Shown: positions 31,203 through 40,237 of the stretch, one piece after another
Layout: every line of letters begins with the position of its first letter
Position numbering within the stretch: position 1 is the first letter of the stretch
DNA from: a virus
DNA: 52,108 nt
Strand: one strand, 5' to 3'
IMG/VR virus record: IMGVR_UViG_3300034069_000182
Span: 1-52,108 of that record
Translations under genes and position numbers: made by a program
Notes under the pieces: generated by a model
Database searches by the model: none
Seen by the model: the letters and a program-made list of their open reading frames with translations, nothing else
Told to the model about the DNA's origin: nothing

Positions 31203-32673
31203 CGGACTTCGCGGTTACAACGTGTACCGCAACGGCGTTCGACAGAACACCTCCCCGGTTACGGAGCTCGGGTCGGTGACTATCACCGGCCTGACTCCGG
31301 ACACCGACTACTCCGAGCAGATCACGATCACCGCTATCGACATGGCGGGTAACGAGTCGCTGCCCAAGACGCTGGCTGAGCTGGAGGCGGAAGCTGTCAC
31401 CGACGCTTTGTCTCCGGCTGACCCGCTGGACCCGGTGGTCCGGGCGCAGATCGATGCGCTGGTAGCGGCGAAGATCAAGCCAACGTCGGGCAAGGTAGCC
31501 GACGGGGCGATCATCGGGATCGAGACCCCGACCGGGTCGTACTACAAAGCGTACGGCGGGGACCGCACCTCGAACACTCCGCTGACGCTGGAGAAGAACT
31601 TCCGGTACGGCTCGTGCTCGAAGATGTTCACCCACACCCTGATCCTCAAAGCGATCGATGACGAGCTGTTGGACTGGGACGATACGATCAGCGAGTTCGT
31701 CACCGGCGTCCCGAACGGGGACCAGATCACGATCCGGCAGCTGCTGCTGTTCCAGGACGGGCTCAAAGACTGGATGACAGACCCCGCGGTCCAGCAGACG
31801 TACTTCCTCAGCCCGACCACGACGTACGACCCGCTGAACTACATCCGTAACTCGGTGGTGAACTTCGCGCCGGGTCAGGGCTCGTCGTACTCGAACGCGG
31901 CCTCGTGGCTGCTGGGCAAGGTCCTGGAGTCCGTCTACAACGACGGCCGGACGGTCGATCAGATCGTCGTGCAAGAGTGGCAGTCCGCGGTCGATATGCC
32001 GTCGCTGCACTGGCCGACGACGAACTACATGAACCCGCCGTATGTCCGGGGCTGGACCCCGAACCTGGCGCTGCCGCAGATCCAAGCGATCCTCGGGCCG
32101 TTCGCGTTCCTCGCGGCGTTCCTCGGCTACCCGACGTCCAAGGACCTGGAGTTCACCGCGGTCTCGACCTCGTGGTCGGGGGCTGCCGGTTCTCTCGCCG
32201 GGAACATAGAGGACTTCGTTCGGTTCGGTAAAGCGCTGTACGACGGGACGTTTTTGTCCGAGGAGATGCAGCAGCTCCGCGAAGAGATCTTCACGACGTA
32301 CGTCGAGTACGAGCCTGCGGGACCTCATCAGGGTCCGGGCTGGATGGGGTTCGGTCTGAACTCGATCTGCTGGGGAGCGTGGCAGGGTTGGGTGGGCAAC
32401 CTCGGCGGCTACATCGCGGTCATCTTCTACAACTCCGAAGACGGATCGGTCATCGCGGTGACTCTGAACAACTTCTCGGCCCACGTCGACGCGGTCGATC
32501 TGTTCTATCAGATCGCTTACCTGCTCGACCCCGAGTCCACCGGGCACCGGGACTGGATCTTCCGTCCTGATCCTGCTGAGGACGAGGACGAGGTCCGTGA
32601 CCCGACGCTGTACCTGACGGTCGAGTCCACCGGTGACAACCAGATCCCGGCTGACGTGCCGTTCGAGATCTAA
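31195..32673 (+). CDS. Minor tail protein with FN3-like and beta-lactamase / D-Ala-D-Ala carboxypeptidase-like domains
   Basis: ORF track, 492 aa. The N-terminal GLRGYNVYRNG..TGLTPDTDY is FN3-like. The SCSK (SxxK) motif is in FRYGSCSKMFTH. Confidence 0.7.
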   Translation: MPSGLRGYNVYRNGVRQNTSPVTELGSVTITGLTPDTDYSEQITITAIDMAGNESLPKTLAELEAEAVTDALSPADPLDPVVRAQIDALVAAKIKPTSGKVADGAIIGIETPTGSYYKAYGGDRTSNTPLTLEKNFRYGSCSKMFTHTLILKAIDDELLDWDDTISEFVTGVPNGDQITIRQLLLFQDGLKDWMTDPAVQQTYFLSPTTTYDPLNYIRNSVVNFAPGQGSSYSNAASWLLGKVLESVYNDGRTVDQIVVQEWQSAVDMPSLHWPTTNYMNPPYVRGWTPNLALPQIQAILGPFAFLAAFLGYPTSKDLEFTAVSTSWSGAAGSLAGNIEDFVRFGKALYDGTFLSEEMQQLREEIFTTYVEYEPAGPHQGPGWMGFGLNSICWGAWQGWVGNLGGYIAVIFYNSEDGSVIAVTLNNFSAHVDAVDLFYQIAYLLDPESTGHRDWIFRPDPAEDEDEVRDPTLYLTVESTGDNQIPADVPFEI

Positions 32674-32762
32674 GGAGACAAGAGATTTCTGCTCGTTACA
32701 GCAGCTGCCGTGCTGCGGCAGCCAGAGGCGATATCGACTGGCTGAACGACGACATCCGGGCG

Positions 32763-33086
32763 TTGATGATCGACGCTGACGACTACACCGTGAACCTGAC
32801 GTCGCACACGACGTTGGCGAATATCCCGTCCGGGGCGATCATCGCTGTCTCGGAGAGCCTGACCGGTAAGTCGGTGACTTCCTCCGGCTGGGTGAAGGCT
32901 GACCCGACGGTGTTCCCCGAAGTTACGGGGGACACGGGTGAGGCGGTCATCGTCTACAAGCACACCGGTACTTCGTCTACGTCGACGCTGCTGTCGTATC
33001 ACGACTCCCCTACTTACCAATTCGTCATCCCGAACGGGTCGGACATCCGTGTGATCTGGCCGACCGACGGGTTTATCCGATTCTAA
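32763..33086 (+). CDS. Hypothetical tail-region protein (107 aa from the first canonical start; possibly 133 aa from the ATT at 32685)
   Basis: ORF track. The in-frame upstream extension ISARYSSCRAAAARGDIDWLNDDIRAL looks protein-like, and AAGGAG lies 7 nt before the ATT. Confidence 0.55.
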   Translation: MMIDADDYTVNLTSHTTLANIPSGAIIAVSESLTGKSVTSSGWVKADPTVFPEVTGDTGEAVIVYKHTGTSSTSTLLSYHDSPTYQFVIPNGSDIRVIWPTDGFIRF

Positions 33087-33095
33087 GGAGCACGC

Positions 33096-33287
33096 ATGGC
33101 ACTTCCCGAGAACTGGACAGACGGTGTCGGTCAGCAGGTTGACGCGGCGTTTCTGAACCAGCTGGGTTCGGAGCATAACGCGATGCAAGACGCGCTCGAC
33201 GGTAAGTCGATCCTGGTGATCTCCCAGGAGGACTACGACGAGCTGGGGTCTCCGGACCCTGACACGATCTACGTGGTCATCGAATGA
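33096..33287 (+). CDS. Hypothetical protein, 63 aa
   Basis: ORF track. SD is AAGGAG. Confidence 0.6.
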   Translation: MALPENWTDGVGQQVDAAFLNQLGSEHNAMQDALDGKSILVISQEDYDELGSPDPDTIYVVIE

Positions 33288-34243
33288 GTCTGAAGGTCGG
33301 TGGCCTCGACGTTGTCGGTGTGTTCGTCGGGGGTGCTGCGGCGAAGGTCTACGTCGGCGCGATGAAGATCTGGCCTCCGGTTCCGGACTTCACCCCGTTC
33401 ACGATCTCCAGCGAAGACCCTGGCTACACGAACCTCTCCGACGAGCCGGTGCCCGAGGGTGCTTCGGGCTGCTGGGTGACCCTGGTCGGCGGCGGAGGCG
33501 GGGGCGGTGCGGGCTACCAGAGTTTCGATGATACCTACCGCCGCGGCGGCGGCGGCGGAGCGGGTGGGGCAAAGATTCCCCGCGTGTGGGTGCCTCGCGA
33601 GGCTATGGGTTCCTCCTACAGCGTCGTCTTAGGACTCGGCGGGGCGAATACCGGTGGAGGCTCGACAGGATTTGGCGGTGAGGACGGGGGATCGTCCTCG
33701 TTCTTGTCCGGATCTGTGTCGCTGATCGCAGGAGGAGGGGCGCGCGGCGCGATCGCGCTGTCCGGTAGCAGTACGCAGGTGTCCGGGGGCGCTGGAAGCC
33801 TGACGAGCGTCGCCTCCGGGGTTGCCGGGGCCGTCGTTATCCCCGGCGCGCCCGGGGGTAAGGGGGCCGCGTCGTCAGGCTCTGCGGAAGATGGCGGAGA
33901 TAACCCGAGCGGTGCAGGTGCGGGCGGCGGAGGAGGCGGCCGGGTTTCGGACTCTAATAGCCAGACTCCCGGGGGCAGAGGAGGTAACTCCGCGGTCGGT
34001 ACCGGAGGGGAGCGGGGCGGTGCCGGGGCCAACGGGTCCAGCGCCGCCGACCAAACCGGCGGTAACCCAGGCGCTGGAGGAGGCGGTGGCGGTGGCAACA
34101 ACAGCGGGTCCACAACCACCGGTCACGGCGGTAACGGAGGTAAATACGGCGGAGGCGGTGGCGGAAGTGGCGGTCATAGGACTAATGCTCGTCGCTACGG
34201 CGGAGCGGGCGGTGACGGATACGTCCTGATCGAGTGGGAATAA
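33284..34243 (+). CDS. Glycine-rich minor tail protein
   Basis: ORF track, 319 aa. ATGA overlap. Long poly-Gly runs. Confidence 0.7.
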   Translation: MSLKVGGLDVVGVFVGGAAAKVYVGAMKIWPPVPDFTPFTISSEDPGYTNLSDEPVPEGASGCWVTLVGGGGGGGAGYQSFDDTYRRGGGGGAGGAKIPRVWVPREAMGSSYSVVLGLGGANTGGGSTGFGGEDGGSSSFLSGSVSLIAGGGARGAIALSGSSTQVSGGAGSLTSVASGVAGAVVIPGAPGGKGAASSGSAEDGGDNPSGAGAGGGGGGRVSDSNSQTPGGRGGNSAVGTGGERGGAGANGSSAADQTGGNPGAGGGGGGGNNSGSTTTGHGGNGGKYGGGGGGSGGHRTNARRYGGAGGDGYVLIEWE

Positions 34244-34248
34244 CCGCG

Positions 34249-34261
34249 CTTGACACGTAAC
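34249..34261 (+). promoter_or_regulatory. Stoperator/operator 13-mer (exact) overlapping a -35
   Basis: CTTGACACGTAAC. Confidence 0.85.
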
Positions 34262-34278
34262 CCGGTTACGACTAAAGT
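34250..34278 (+). promoter_or_regulatory. Rightward sigma-A-type promoter candidate
   Basis: TTGACA (34250-34255), a 17-nt spacer, then TAAAGT (34273-34278). The hexamers are the same as at the 2278..2307 promoter. Confidence 0.55.
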
Positions 34279-34361
34279 CGCCTGCAAGAGAACGACCGAC
34301 GGGGCCAAGGCCTGAGAACCAACCCCGTCGGCCGCACACCCACCATCAGGAAGGCACTGTT

Positions 34362-34646
34362 ATGTTACGCACTATCGCTGCCGCGGGCATCCTCGCGGCT
34401 GGTCTCGGGCTCGGTATCGCACCGATCGCCCAGGCTGCTCCGGCTCACTGCGCCAACCACGGCACCGGTCACGGTCAGATCTACAAGCACGCCTGCGCTA
34501 CCGGCTCCGGCGGAGCGGGCGCTGACTGGACCTACGCCAAGCACGCCGACGGCTCGTACAAGATGGACGGCACCAAGCACGTCTACAAGTGCCAGCGCCA
34601 CTGCGGCGGCGGCCGCGGCAAGACCGAGACCACCGATCCGTGGTGA
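34362..34646 (+). CDS. Secreted Cys/His-rich small protein, 94 aa
   Basis: ORF track. Signal peptide MLRTIAAAGILAAGLGLGIAPIAQA. It has its own promoter and terminator. Confidence 0.65.
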   Translation: MLRTIAAAGILAAGLGLGIAPIAQAAPAHCANHGTGHGQIYKHACATGSGGAGADWTYAKHADGSYKMDGTKHVYKCQRHCGGGRGKTETTDPW

Positions 34647-34668
34647 TCTAACCCCGCATACCAAGAAA

Positions 34669-34708
34669 CCCCCTACCCGGCCCGCGAAGGCTAGGTAGGG
34701 GGCTTTTT
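34669..34708 (+). terminator. Rho-independent terminator
   Basis: 9-bp stem CCCCCTACC / GGTAGGGGG, followed by CTTTTT. Confidence 0.7.
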
Positions 34709-34748
34709 GCGTTTCAGTGGGTATGGCCGTGGTGACCAGGTTCTTCGT

Positions 34749-34796
34749 GGTTTGTCTGGTCAACCACCGCGGTCTCAGTGGTGTACGGTACAAACC
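34749..34796 (+). other. attP core (Bxb1-type)
   Basis: GGTTTGTCTGGTCAACCACCGCGGTCTCAGTGGTGTACGGTACAAACC matches the Bxb1 attP as I recall it. The central GT is at 34772-34773. Imperfect inverted arms. Confidence 0.8.
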
Positions 34797-36311
34797 ATGC
34801 GAGCGCTGGTAGTGATCCGCCTGTCCCGCGTCACCGATGCTACGACTTCACCCGAGCGTCAGCTGGAGTCTTGCCAGCAGCTCTGCGCCCAGCGCGGCTG
34901 GGACGTCGTCGGGGTGGCGGAGGATCTGGACGTCTCCGGAGCGGTCGATCCGTTCGACCGGAAGCGCCGCCCGAACCTGGCCCGGTGGCTGTCGTTCGAG
35001 GAGCAACCGTTCGACGTGATCGTGGCGTACCGGGTAGACCGGTTGACCCGATCGATCCGGCATCTGCAGCAGCTGGTCCACTGGGCCGAGGACCACAAGA
35101 AGCTGGTCGTCTCCGCGACCGAAGCGCACTTCGACACGACGACACCGTTCGCGGCGGTCGTCATCGCGCTTATGGGAACTGTGGCGCAGATGGAATTAGA
35201 AGCGATCAAAGAACGGAACCGATCGGCGGCGCATTTCAATATCCGCGCCGGGAAATACCGTGGCTCCCTGCCGCCGTGGGGTTACATGCCCGCCCGCGTG
35301 GACGGGGAGTGGAGGCTGCTCGTCGACCCCGTGCAGCGCGAACGCATCCTCGAGGTCTATCACCGCGTCGTCGACAACCACGAGCCGCTGCATCTGGTCG
35401 CCCACGACCTGAACCAGCGCGGCATCCTGTCGCCCAAGGACTACTTCGCGCAGCTGCAGGGCCGGGAGCCGCAGGGACGGGCGTGGTCGGCTACCGCGCT
35501 GAAGCGCTCGCTGATCTCCGAGGCGATGCTCGGGTATACGACTCTGAACGGCAAGACCGTCCGAGACGACGACGGGGCTCCGCTGGTGCGGGCTGAGCCG
35601 ATCCTGACGCGAGAGCAGCTGGAGGCGCTGCGCGCCGAGCTCGTGAAGACCGACCGGACCAAGCCCGCGGTCTCCACCCCGTCGCTGCTGCTGCGGGTGC
35701 TGTTCTGCGCGGTGTGCGGGGAGCCTGCCTACAAGTTCACCGGGGGCGGTAGGAAGAACGCCCGCTACCGCTGCCGGTCGTGGGGCTGGGCGCAGCGGTG
35801 CGGGAACGGCACGGTGGCGATGGCCGAGTGGGATGCGTTCTGCGAGGAGCAGGTGTTGGATCTGCTCGGGGACGCGGAGCGGCTGGAGAAGGTGTGGGTA
35901 GCCGGCTCGGACTCCGCGGTAGAACTCGCGGAGGTGAACGCGGAGCTGGTGGACCTGACGTCGCTGATCGGCTCCCCGGCGTACCGGGCCGGGTCTCCGC
36001 AGCGCGAGGCGCTGGATGCTCGTATCGCGGCGCTGGCCGCGCGGCAGGAGGAGTTGGAAGGGTTAGAGGCTCGCCCGTCGGGCTGGGAGTGGCGCGAGAC
36101 CGGGCAGAGGTTCGGGGACTGGTGGCGGGATCAGGACACCGCGGGTAAGAACACCTGGCTCCGGTCGATGAACGTTCGGCTGACGTTCGACGTCCGCGGC
36201 GGGCTGACTCGCACGATCGACTTCGGGGATCTGCAGGAGTATGAGCAGCATCTGCGGCTGGGCGCGGCTCTAGACCTCGTAAACGCAGAAAAGCCCCCTA
36301 CGGGCCGCTAG
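34797..36311 (+). CDS. int: Large serine integrase
   Basis: ORF 34707..36311 trimmed to the ATG at 34797. Reads MRALVVIRLSRVTDATTSPERQ.. (catalytic Ser region) and has a Cys-rich zinc-ribbon region. 504 aa. Confidence 0.9.
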   Translation: MRALVVIRLSRVTDATTSPERQLESCQQLCAQRGWDVVGVAEDLDVSGAVDPFDRKRRPNLARWLSFEEQPFDVIVAYRVDRLTRSIRHLQQLVHWAEDHKKLVVSATEAHFDTTTPFAAVVIALMGTVAQMELEAIKERNRSAAHFNIRAGKYRGSLPPWGYMPARVDGEWRLLVDPVQRERILEVYHRVVDNHEPLHLVAHDLNQRGILSPKDYFAQLQGREPQGRAWSATALKRSLISEAMLGYTTLNGKTVRDDDGAPLVRAEPILTREQLEALRAELVKTDRTKPAVSTPSLLLRVLFCAVCGEPAYKFTGGGRKNARYRCRSWGWAQRCGNGTVAMAEWDAFCEEQVLDLLGDAERLEKVWVAGSDSAVELAEVNAELVDLTSLIGSPAYRAGSPQREALDARIAALAARQEELEGLEARPSGWEWRETGQRFGDWWRDQDTAGKNTWLRSMNVRLTFDVRGGLTRTIDFGDLQEYEQHLRLGAALDLVNAEKPPTGR

Positions 36312-36386
36312 GGCACGCAGAGGGCTTCTCCGGTAGTCTCTATTCAGTTATACTGCTGAGTCCGTCAGCGTGGACGCTAGAGGGGT

Positions 36387-36659
36387 TTACGGGGCCTCGT
36401 GGACCCGCACGTACGGCTGCAGAGGCTTGTCACGGTAGGCGTGGTATCGCTCGGCCTCCTCGGCGCGGATGGCCTCGATCTCCTGAGCCGCGCTCACCTT
36501 ACGACGCTGCAGTTCCGGATCGTCATGCTGACGCACCGTAATCACCTCTGACTGACGGGTCTGCGTCGAGATGATCTTCAGCAGATCCACCGCCTCGGTA
36601 AGGCGGTCGGCGATCACGGACAGTTGCTCGACGGTGATGTCTTTCTTCTTCTTGCTCAT
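36387..36659 (-). CDS. Hypothetical protein, 90 aa
   Basis: ORF 36387..36794 trimmed to the ATG at 36659 (MSKKKKDITVEQL..). ATGA overlap. Confidence 0.6.
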   Translation of the reverse strand: MSKKKKDITVEQLSVIADRLTEAVDLLKIISTQTRQSEVITVRQHDDPELQRRKVSAAQEIEAIRAEEAERYHAYRDKPLQPYVRVHEAP

Positions 36660-36826
36660 GGTCTCCTCGTTTGCCTGATGAAGTCGGCCCGTGCGGACTC
36701 GTAGTCCGGGTGGAACGTGATGACGCCGTAGAACGATCCGACCGACGGGAACACGATCCACTCCTGGGTGTGCGGGCTCTTGCGGATCAACCACTTCCTG
36801 GCGTCGTTACCCCAGAGCTCCCTCAC
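36656..36826 (-). CDS. Hypothetical protein, 56 aa (below ORF-track cutoff)
   Basis: GTG start in a GTGA overlap. Reads VRELWGNDARKWLIRKSPHTQEWIVFPSVGSFYGVITFHPDYE.. Confidence 0.5.
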   Translation of the reverse strand: MRELWGNDARKWLIRKSPHTQEWIVFPSVGSFYGVITFHPDYESARADFIRQTRRP

Positions 36827-36918
36827 CGGAACCACCCCCGCACGATCTGGATCAGGTGCTCCAGCCGAACCTCGTGGTCGAGCATCCGGATCAGCACCAG
36901 TTCACGCACCCGCTTCAT
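36823..36918 (-). CDS. Hypothetical protein, 31 aa
   Basis: ATGA overlaps at both ends. Reads MKRVRELVLIRMLDHEVRLEHLIQIVRGWFR. Confidence 0.4.
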   Translation of the reverse strand: MKRVRELVLIRMLDHEVRLEHLIQIVRGWFR

Positions 36919-37208
36919 TCCGCGGTCCTGAAGCTGGTAGCTACACGCGGGTAGATGCGCTGCACCCATCCCGATGGGAGGCTGTCGTCCCGGCGGAAGA
37001 AGTTCTTCCGGTTCACCGACCAGTAGACCGTCCCGCCGGGTAGCTCCTGGCTGAATCGGACGTCCGGCAGCCGGTGTCGGCCTTCGTAGCCGGGACCGCC
37101 TACCGAGAGGTATGGACGCCACTTCCTCGCGACCTCGGACTGGGCCATGCACTTGAAGTACTGCTCACCGTTTTGGGTGGGGAACGTTAGCCAGCCGTGC
37201 TTGCTCAT
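36915..37208 (-). CDS. Hypothetical protein, 97 aa
   Basis: ORF track. ATGA overlap. Confidence 0.65.
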   Translation of the reverse strand: MSKHGWLTFPTQNGEQYFKCMAQSEVARKWRPYLSVGGPGYEGRHRLPDVRFSQELPGGTVYWSVNRKNFFRRDDSLPSGWVQRIYPRVATSFRTAE

Positions 37209-37561
37209 TCCGCCCCCTCGTAACGGTCCAGCTCACTCTTGAGCCCTTGGATCTCCAGCTCCAGGTCGAAGACCCGGCCCATCAGGTTGTCGCGCTCCAG
37301 CTCCAGCCGAGCCGCGTCGTCGATCGCTTCCATCGACCGGCGCACCATGTCCGCGATAGCGCCGTGGATCGACGCGGTGAAGTCGGCGTCAGCCTCGTTC
37401 GGGAAGTTCCCGACGTACTCTTTCGACTCGTCCTGGCCCACGGCGAAGACGTCGAACACGTCCCCGTGGGCGCTCTTCTCGACCACCCAGAAACGGTCCT
37501 CAGCCCCTGTGGTCTGCGAGAACACCTGATAAATGCGGTCGCAGAACTCTTGAAATTCCAT
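37205..37561 (-). CDS. Hypothetical protein, 118 aa (C-terminal coiled coil)
   Basis: ORF track. SD is GAGGAAGGA. Confidence 0.65.
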   Translation of the reverse strand: MEFQEFCDRIYQVFSQTTGAEDRFWVVEKSAHGDVFDVFAVGQDESKEYVGNFPNEADADFTASIHGAIADMVRRSMEAIDDAARLELERDNLMGRVFDLELEIQGLKSELDRYEGAE

Positions 37562-37575
37562 GTCGTTCCTTCCTC

Positions 37576-37588
37576 GTTACGTGTCAAG
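37576..37588 (-). promoter_or_regulatory. Stoperator 13-mer (exact)
   Basis: GTTACGTGTCAAG, between the polymerase stop and the next gene. Confidence 0.85.
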
Positions 37589-39418
37589 TTAGAAGCCGCG
37601 AGAACGGAGCTCGGCGTCGTGCTGAGCCATCGTCTCTGCATCCATGTATCCGCTGCCCCAGGACTTACCTGTGACCTCGGGATCGGTATTCACCAGCACC
37701 GGGCCGATGCGCTGCTCCATGATCTGGCCCACCTCCTTGACTGCCGCCTCGGCGTCGGCCTCCGGGAGGGACAGCAGCACCTCGTCATGGACAACGAGCC
37801 GCATGTTCGGGGTGAAGCCCGCCTCGTGCAGGCGCAGTACAGCCGCGCCAGTAACGTCACGTGACGAGCTCTGGATCAGATAGTTGAGCGCTGAGTAGGC
37901 ACGGTCTGGGTCGACCGGCAGGCGACGCCCCGTGGGCGTCGTGATGAAGCCCGCCGAGCCGGCCTCCTGCTGCATCTGCTTGTTGAGCGTGTCGACGCCC
38001 GGGTAGGTGGTCGCGAAGACCTCCAGGACCTTCTTGGCCTCGGGGAAGGTGATACCTGCGTTGGTGGCGAGCTTGCCCGCCCCTCCCCCATAGCACACAA
38101 GAAAATTGGCCATCTTGCCGATTTTCCGATCCACACCTGCGGCGTCCGCGGTCACCTGATGCAGGTCGGACTCCTCCTCAAAAGCCCGGAGCATCGTTTG
38201 ATCGCCGGACAACGCGGCCAGAACACGGAGCTCCTGAGCGCGGTAGTCCACCGACGCGATGATCTGCCCCGGGTCCGCCAGGAAGCAGCGGCGGACCATC
38301 CAATCTCCCGACGGCAGATTCTGAGCCGACGGGTTAGACGTACTCATGCGGCCTGTACGGGCCTGCAGCGGGTTGATCCCCGGATGGACCCGGTCGTTGG
38401 CGTCCCGCCGCTCGATGAAGTTGCGGACCCAGGTCTTCTCCCAGGAACCCCACTTCTTCGCCTCGATCGCAGCCTTCGCCAGCGCGTTGCCCTCCTCAGC
38501 CAGAGCTTCCAGCAGCTCGGCGTTCACCTGGCGCTTACCCGTGGGCGTGTGGCCTTTGATCTTCACGCCCGTGCGCTCCAGACCGTCAGCCAGCTTCTCG
38601 GTGGAGTTCACCGAGTCGACCCCGTACACGTACCGGGCCACCGCGGTGTAGTGCTCGGACTTCCGCAGCATGTCCGCTGACAGCTTCTCCGAGTAGTCGA
38701 CGTCCAGCAGGAACCCGGTGCGTTCGACGTACGACATCACCTCAGCGAGCTTGTGCTCGTACGGGATCAGTTTGTGCGACGACTCCGGGACCAGCGGGGC
38801 TACCTTGCCCAGCAGCCGGGACACCAGGATCGTGTCCATGCCGGCGTACAGCTCGTAGTCCGGGTCGTCCAGGTCGACCAGCGCCCAGATCTTGTCTTTG
38901 GTGGTCTTGTGCTTCTTGGCCAGGCGAGCCATCGAGGCTTTGACCTCTTCGGCGGTCACCGGGTCGATGTAGAACTTCGTCAGCTCTTCCAGCTTGTGGC
39001 CGGTCCCACCTTCTTTGTAGGCCCGGGGGTCTACCAGGTGCGAGTAGATCTTGGTGTCCTCGACCTTCGGCCACATCTGCTCCATCGGCACACCGAGCGT
39101 CCGCTCGATCACCTGGAGGTCGAACGCGGCGTTGTGGATCACGAAGCGCTGGACCTTCTGGAGAGCGGTGACGGCGGCTCCTACGAACGCGCCGCCCCGC
39201 TCCACCGGCAGAACCCACGACTCCCACGGGTTACCGAACTGGATCAGCCGGATACCGAAGTCCGGCTTGTAGATCCCCAGATCCGTGGTCTCGGTATCGA
39301 GGCCGAGAATCCGGAGGTTGGAGCGGATGAAGCTCTCGAACCCGTCGAGATCATCCTCGTGCTCTACGACGTTGACCAGAACTGTCTCGTCCTTGATCTG
39401 GTAGCGGTGTTGCTTCAC
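37589..39418 (-). CDS. DNA polymerase I (3'-5' exonuclease plus family A polymerase)
   Basis: ORF track, 609 aa. Contains LGLDTETT (exo I), RRCF..DYRAQELRVLA, QVTADAAG..R..GKMANF and LVVHDEV. Confidence 0.9.
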   Translation of the reverse strand: MKQHRYQIKDETVLVNVVEHEDDLDGFESFIRSNLRILGLDTETTDLGIYKPDFGIRLIQFGNPWESWVLPVERGGAFVGAAVTALQKVQRFVIHNAAFDLQVIERTLGVPMEQMWPKVEDTKIYSHLVDPRAYKEGGTGHKLEELTKFYIDPVTAEEVKASMARLAKKHKTTKDKIWALVDLDDPDYELYAGMDTILVSRLLGKVAPLVPESSHKLIPYEHKLAEVMSYVERTGFLLDVDYSEKLSADMLRKSEHYTAVARYVYGVDSVNSTEKLADGLERTGVKIKGHTPTGKRQVNAELLEALAEEGNALAKAAIEAKKWGSWEKTWVRNFIERRDANDRVHPGINPLQARTGRMSTSNPSAQNLPSGDWMVRRCFLADPGQIIASVDYRAQELRVLAALSGDQTMLRAFEEESDLHQVTADAAGVDRKIGKMANFLVCYGGGAGKLATNAGITFPEAKKVLEVFATTYPGVDTLNKQMQQEAGSAGFITTPTGRRLPVDPDRAYSALNYLIQSSSRDVTGAAVLRLHEAGFTPNMRLVVHDEVLLSLPEADAEAAVKEVGQIMEQRIGPVLVNTDPEVTGKSWGSGYMDAETMAQHDAELRSRGF

Positions 39419-39432
39419 CCGCCCCTCCCTTC

Positions 39433-39445
39433 GTTACGAATCAAG
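39433..39445 (-). promoter_or_regulatory. Stoperator 13-mer (variant)
   Basis: GTTACGAATCAAG upstream of the polymerase start. Confidence 0.75.
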
Positions 39446-39454
39446 CTGGAGACG

Positions 39455-39685
39455 TTAGAGTCCCAGCTCCCGTCGGATCTGCCCCTCCGGGGTTTCTTCC
39501 TTGACCATCACCCGGCCGTAGTAGGCGATGTTGTTCTTGATCGGGAAGATTCGGTACTCCCCCTCCCCGAAGTCGACTGCCAGCTCGTCACCGCTGATGC
39601 GGTACTCGCAGTCGTCCGGGAACGTCCAGAACAACCCGTTCTGGAGCATGACCATGAACTTCGGAACCTTGATTTCCTCGCTCAA
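39455..39685 (-). CDS. Hypothetical protein, 76 aa
   Basis: ORF track. TTG start after AGGAGG. Confidence 0.6.
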   Translation of the reverse strand: MSEEIKVPKFMVMLQNGLFWTFPDDCEYRISGDELAVDFGEGEYRIFPIKNNIAYYGRVMVKEETPEGQIRRELGL

Positions 39686-39702
39686 TTACACCCTCCTAGG
39701 TG

Positions 39703-39715
39703 GTTACGAGTCAAG
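39703..39715 (-). promoter_or_regulatory. Stoperator 13-mer (variant)
   Basis: GTTACGAGTCAAG. Confidence 0.75.
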
Positions 39716-39727
39716 TTGAAGACCTGA

Positions 39728-40237
39728 TTAACGCGGCGGGTAGAAGAACTTAGCGGGGCGCGGATCGTCCTCGCTCGGATCGTCCTTGGCCGGAGGCATC
39801 CACGCGTGCCAGACCTTGCCGGTCTTCTTCGAGATGCCGGTCTTGTAGACGAAGTCGTCGTACGGCTTCGGCGGAGCCCACTCCGGGGCTTCCTGCGCAC
39901 CCTGCGGAGCCTGACGCCGGTACCCGCCGCCCGAGGACTGAGCGGGAGCCGGTGCAGCCGACCCACCCGCGAACGCCGCGGCGACCTTCTTCACCTTGTC
40001 CATGTAGTCCTTGAACTTCGCATCCAGCAGTGCGTCGGACTCTTCGACCGACGAAGCGTGGATCACGATCCACGGCGCGTCGAAGTCCCGGCCACCCTTC
40101 AGGGTGGTGACGATCTTGCCCTCGCCGGGCGCCACGTTGCTGCTGTTGTTGACCACGGTGGTCGCAGGGGCGGTGGTGGCGACAGGCTGCTCGGGGCCGT
40201 TGTCGTTCGAGGCCCAGGGATCGGTGGTGACAGTCAT
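39728..40237 (-). CDS. Hypothetical protein, 169 aa (function not supportable from sequence alone)
   Basis: ORF track. ATGA overlap. Confidence 0.65.
   Translation of the reverse strand: MTVTTDPWASNDNGPEQPVATTAPATTVVNNSSNVAPGEGKIVTTLKGGRDFDAPWIVIHASSVEESDALLDAKFKDYMDKVKKVAAAFAGGSAAPAPAQSSGGGYRRQAPQGAQEAPEWAPPKPYDDFVYKTGISKKTGKVWHAWMPPAKDDPSEDDPRPAKFFYPPR

Noticed and set aside
29346-32547. 596-aa and 458-aa minus-strand ORFs opposite 29349..31202 and 31195..32673
   Set aside because: Antisense shadow ORFs with Arg-rich, low-complexity translations.
34707-34796. Longer integrase start (ORF-track M at 34707) and the 272-aa alternative-frame ORF 34778..35596
   Set aside because: The extension would be translated across the terminator tail and attP, and it is Arg/Gly-rich. 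The catalytic-serine N-terminus begins at the ATG at 34797. The alternative frame is compositional noise.
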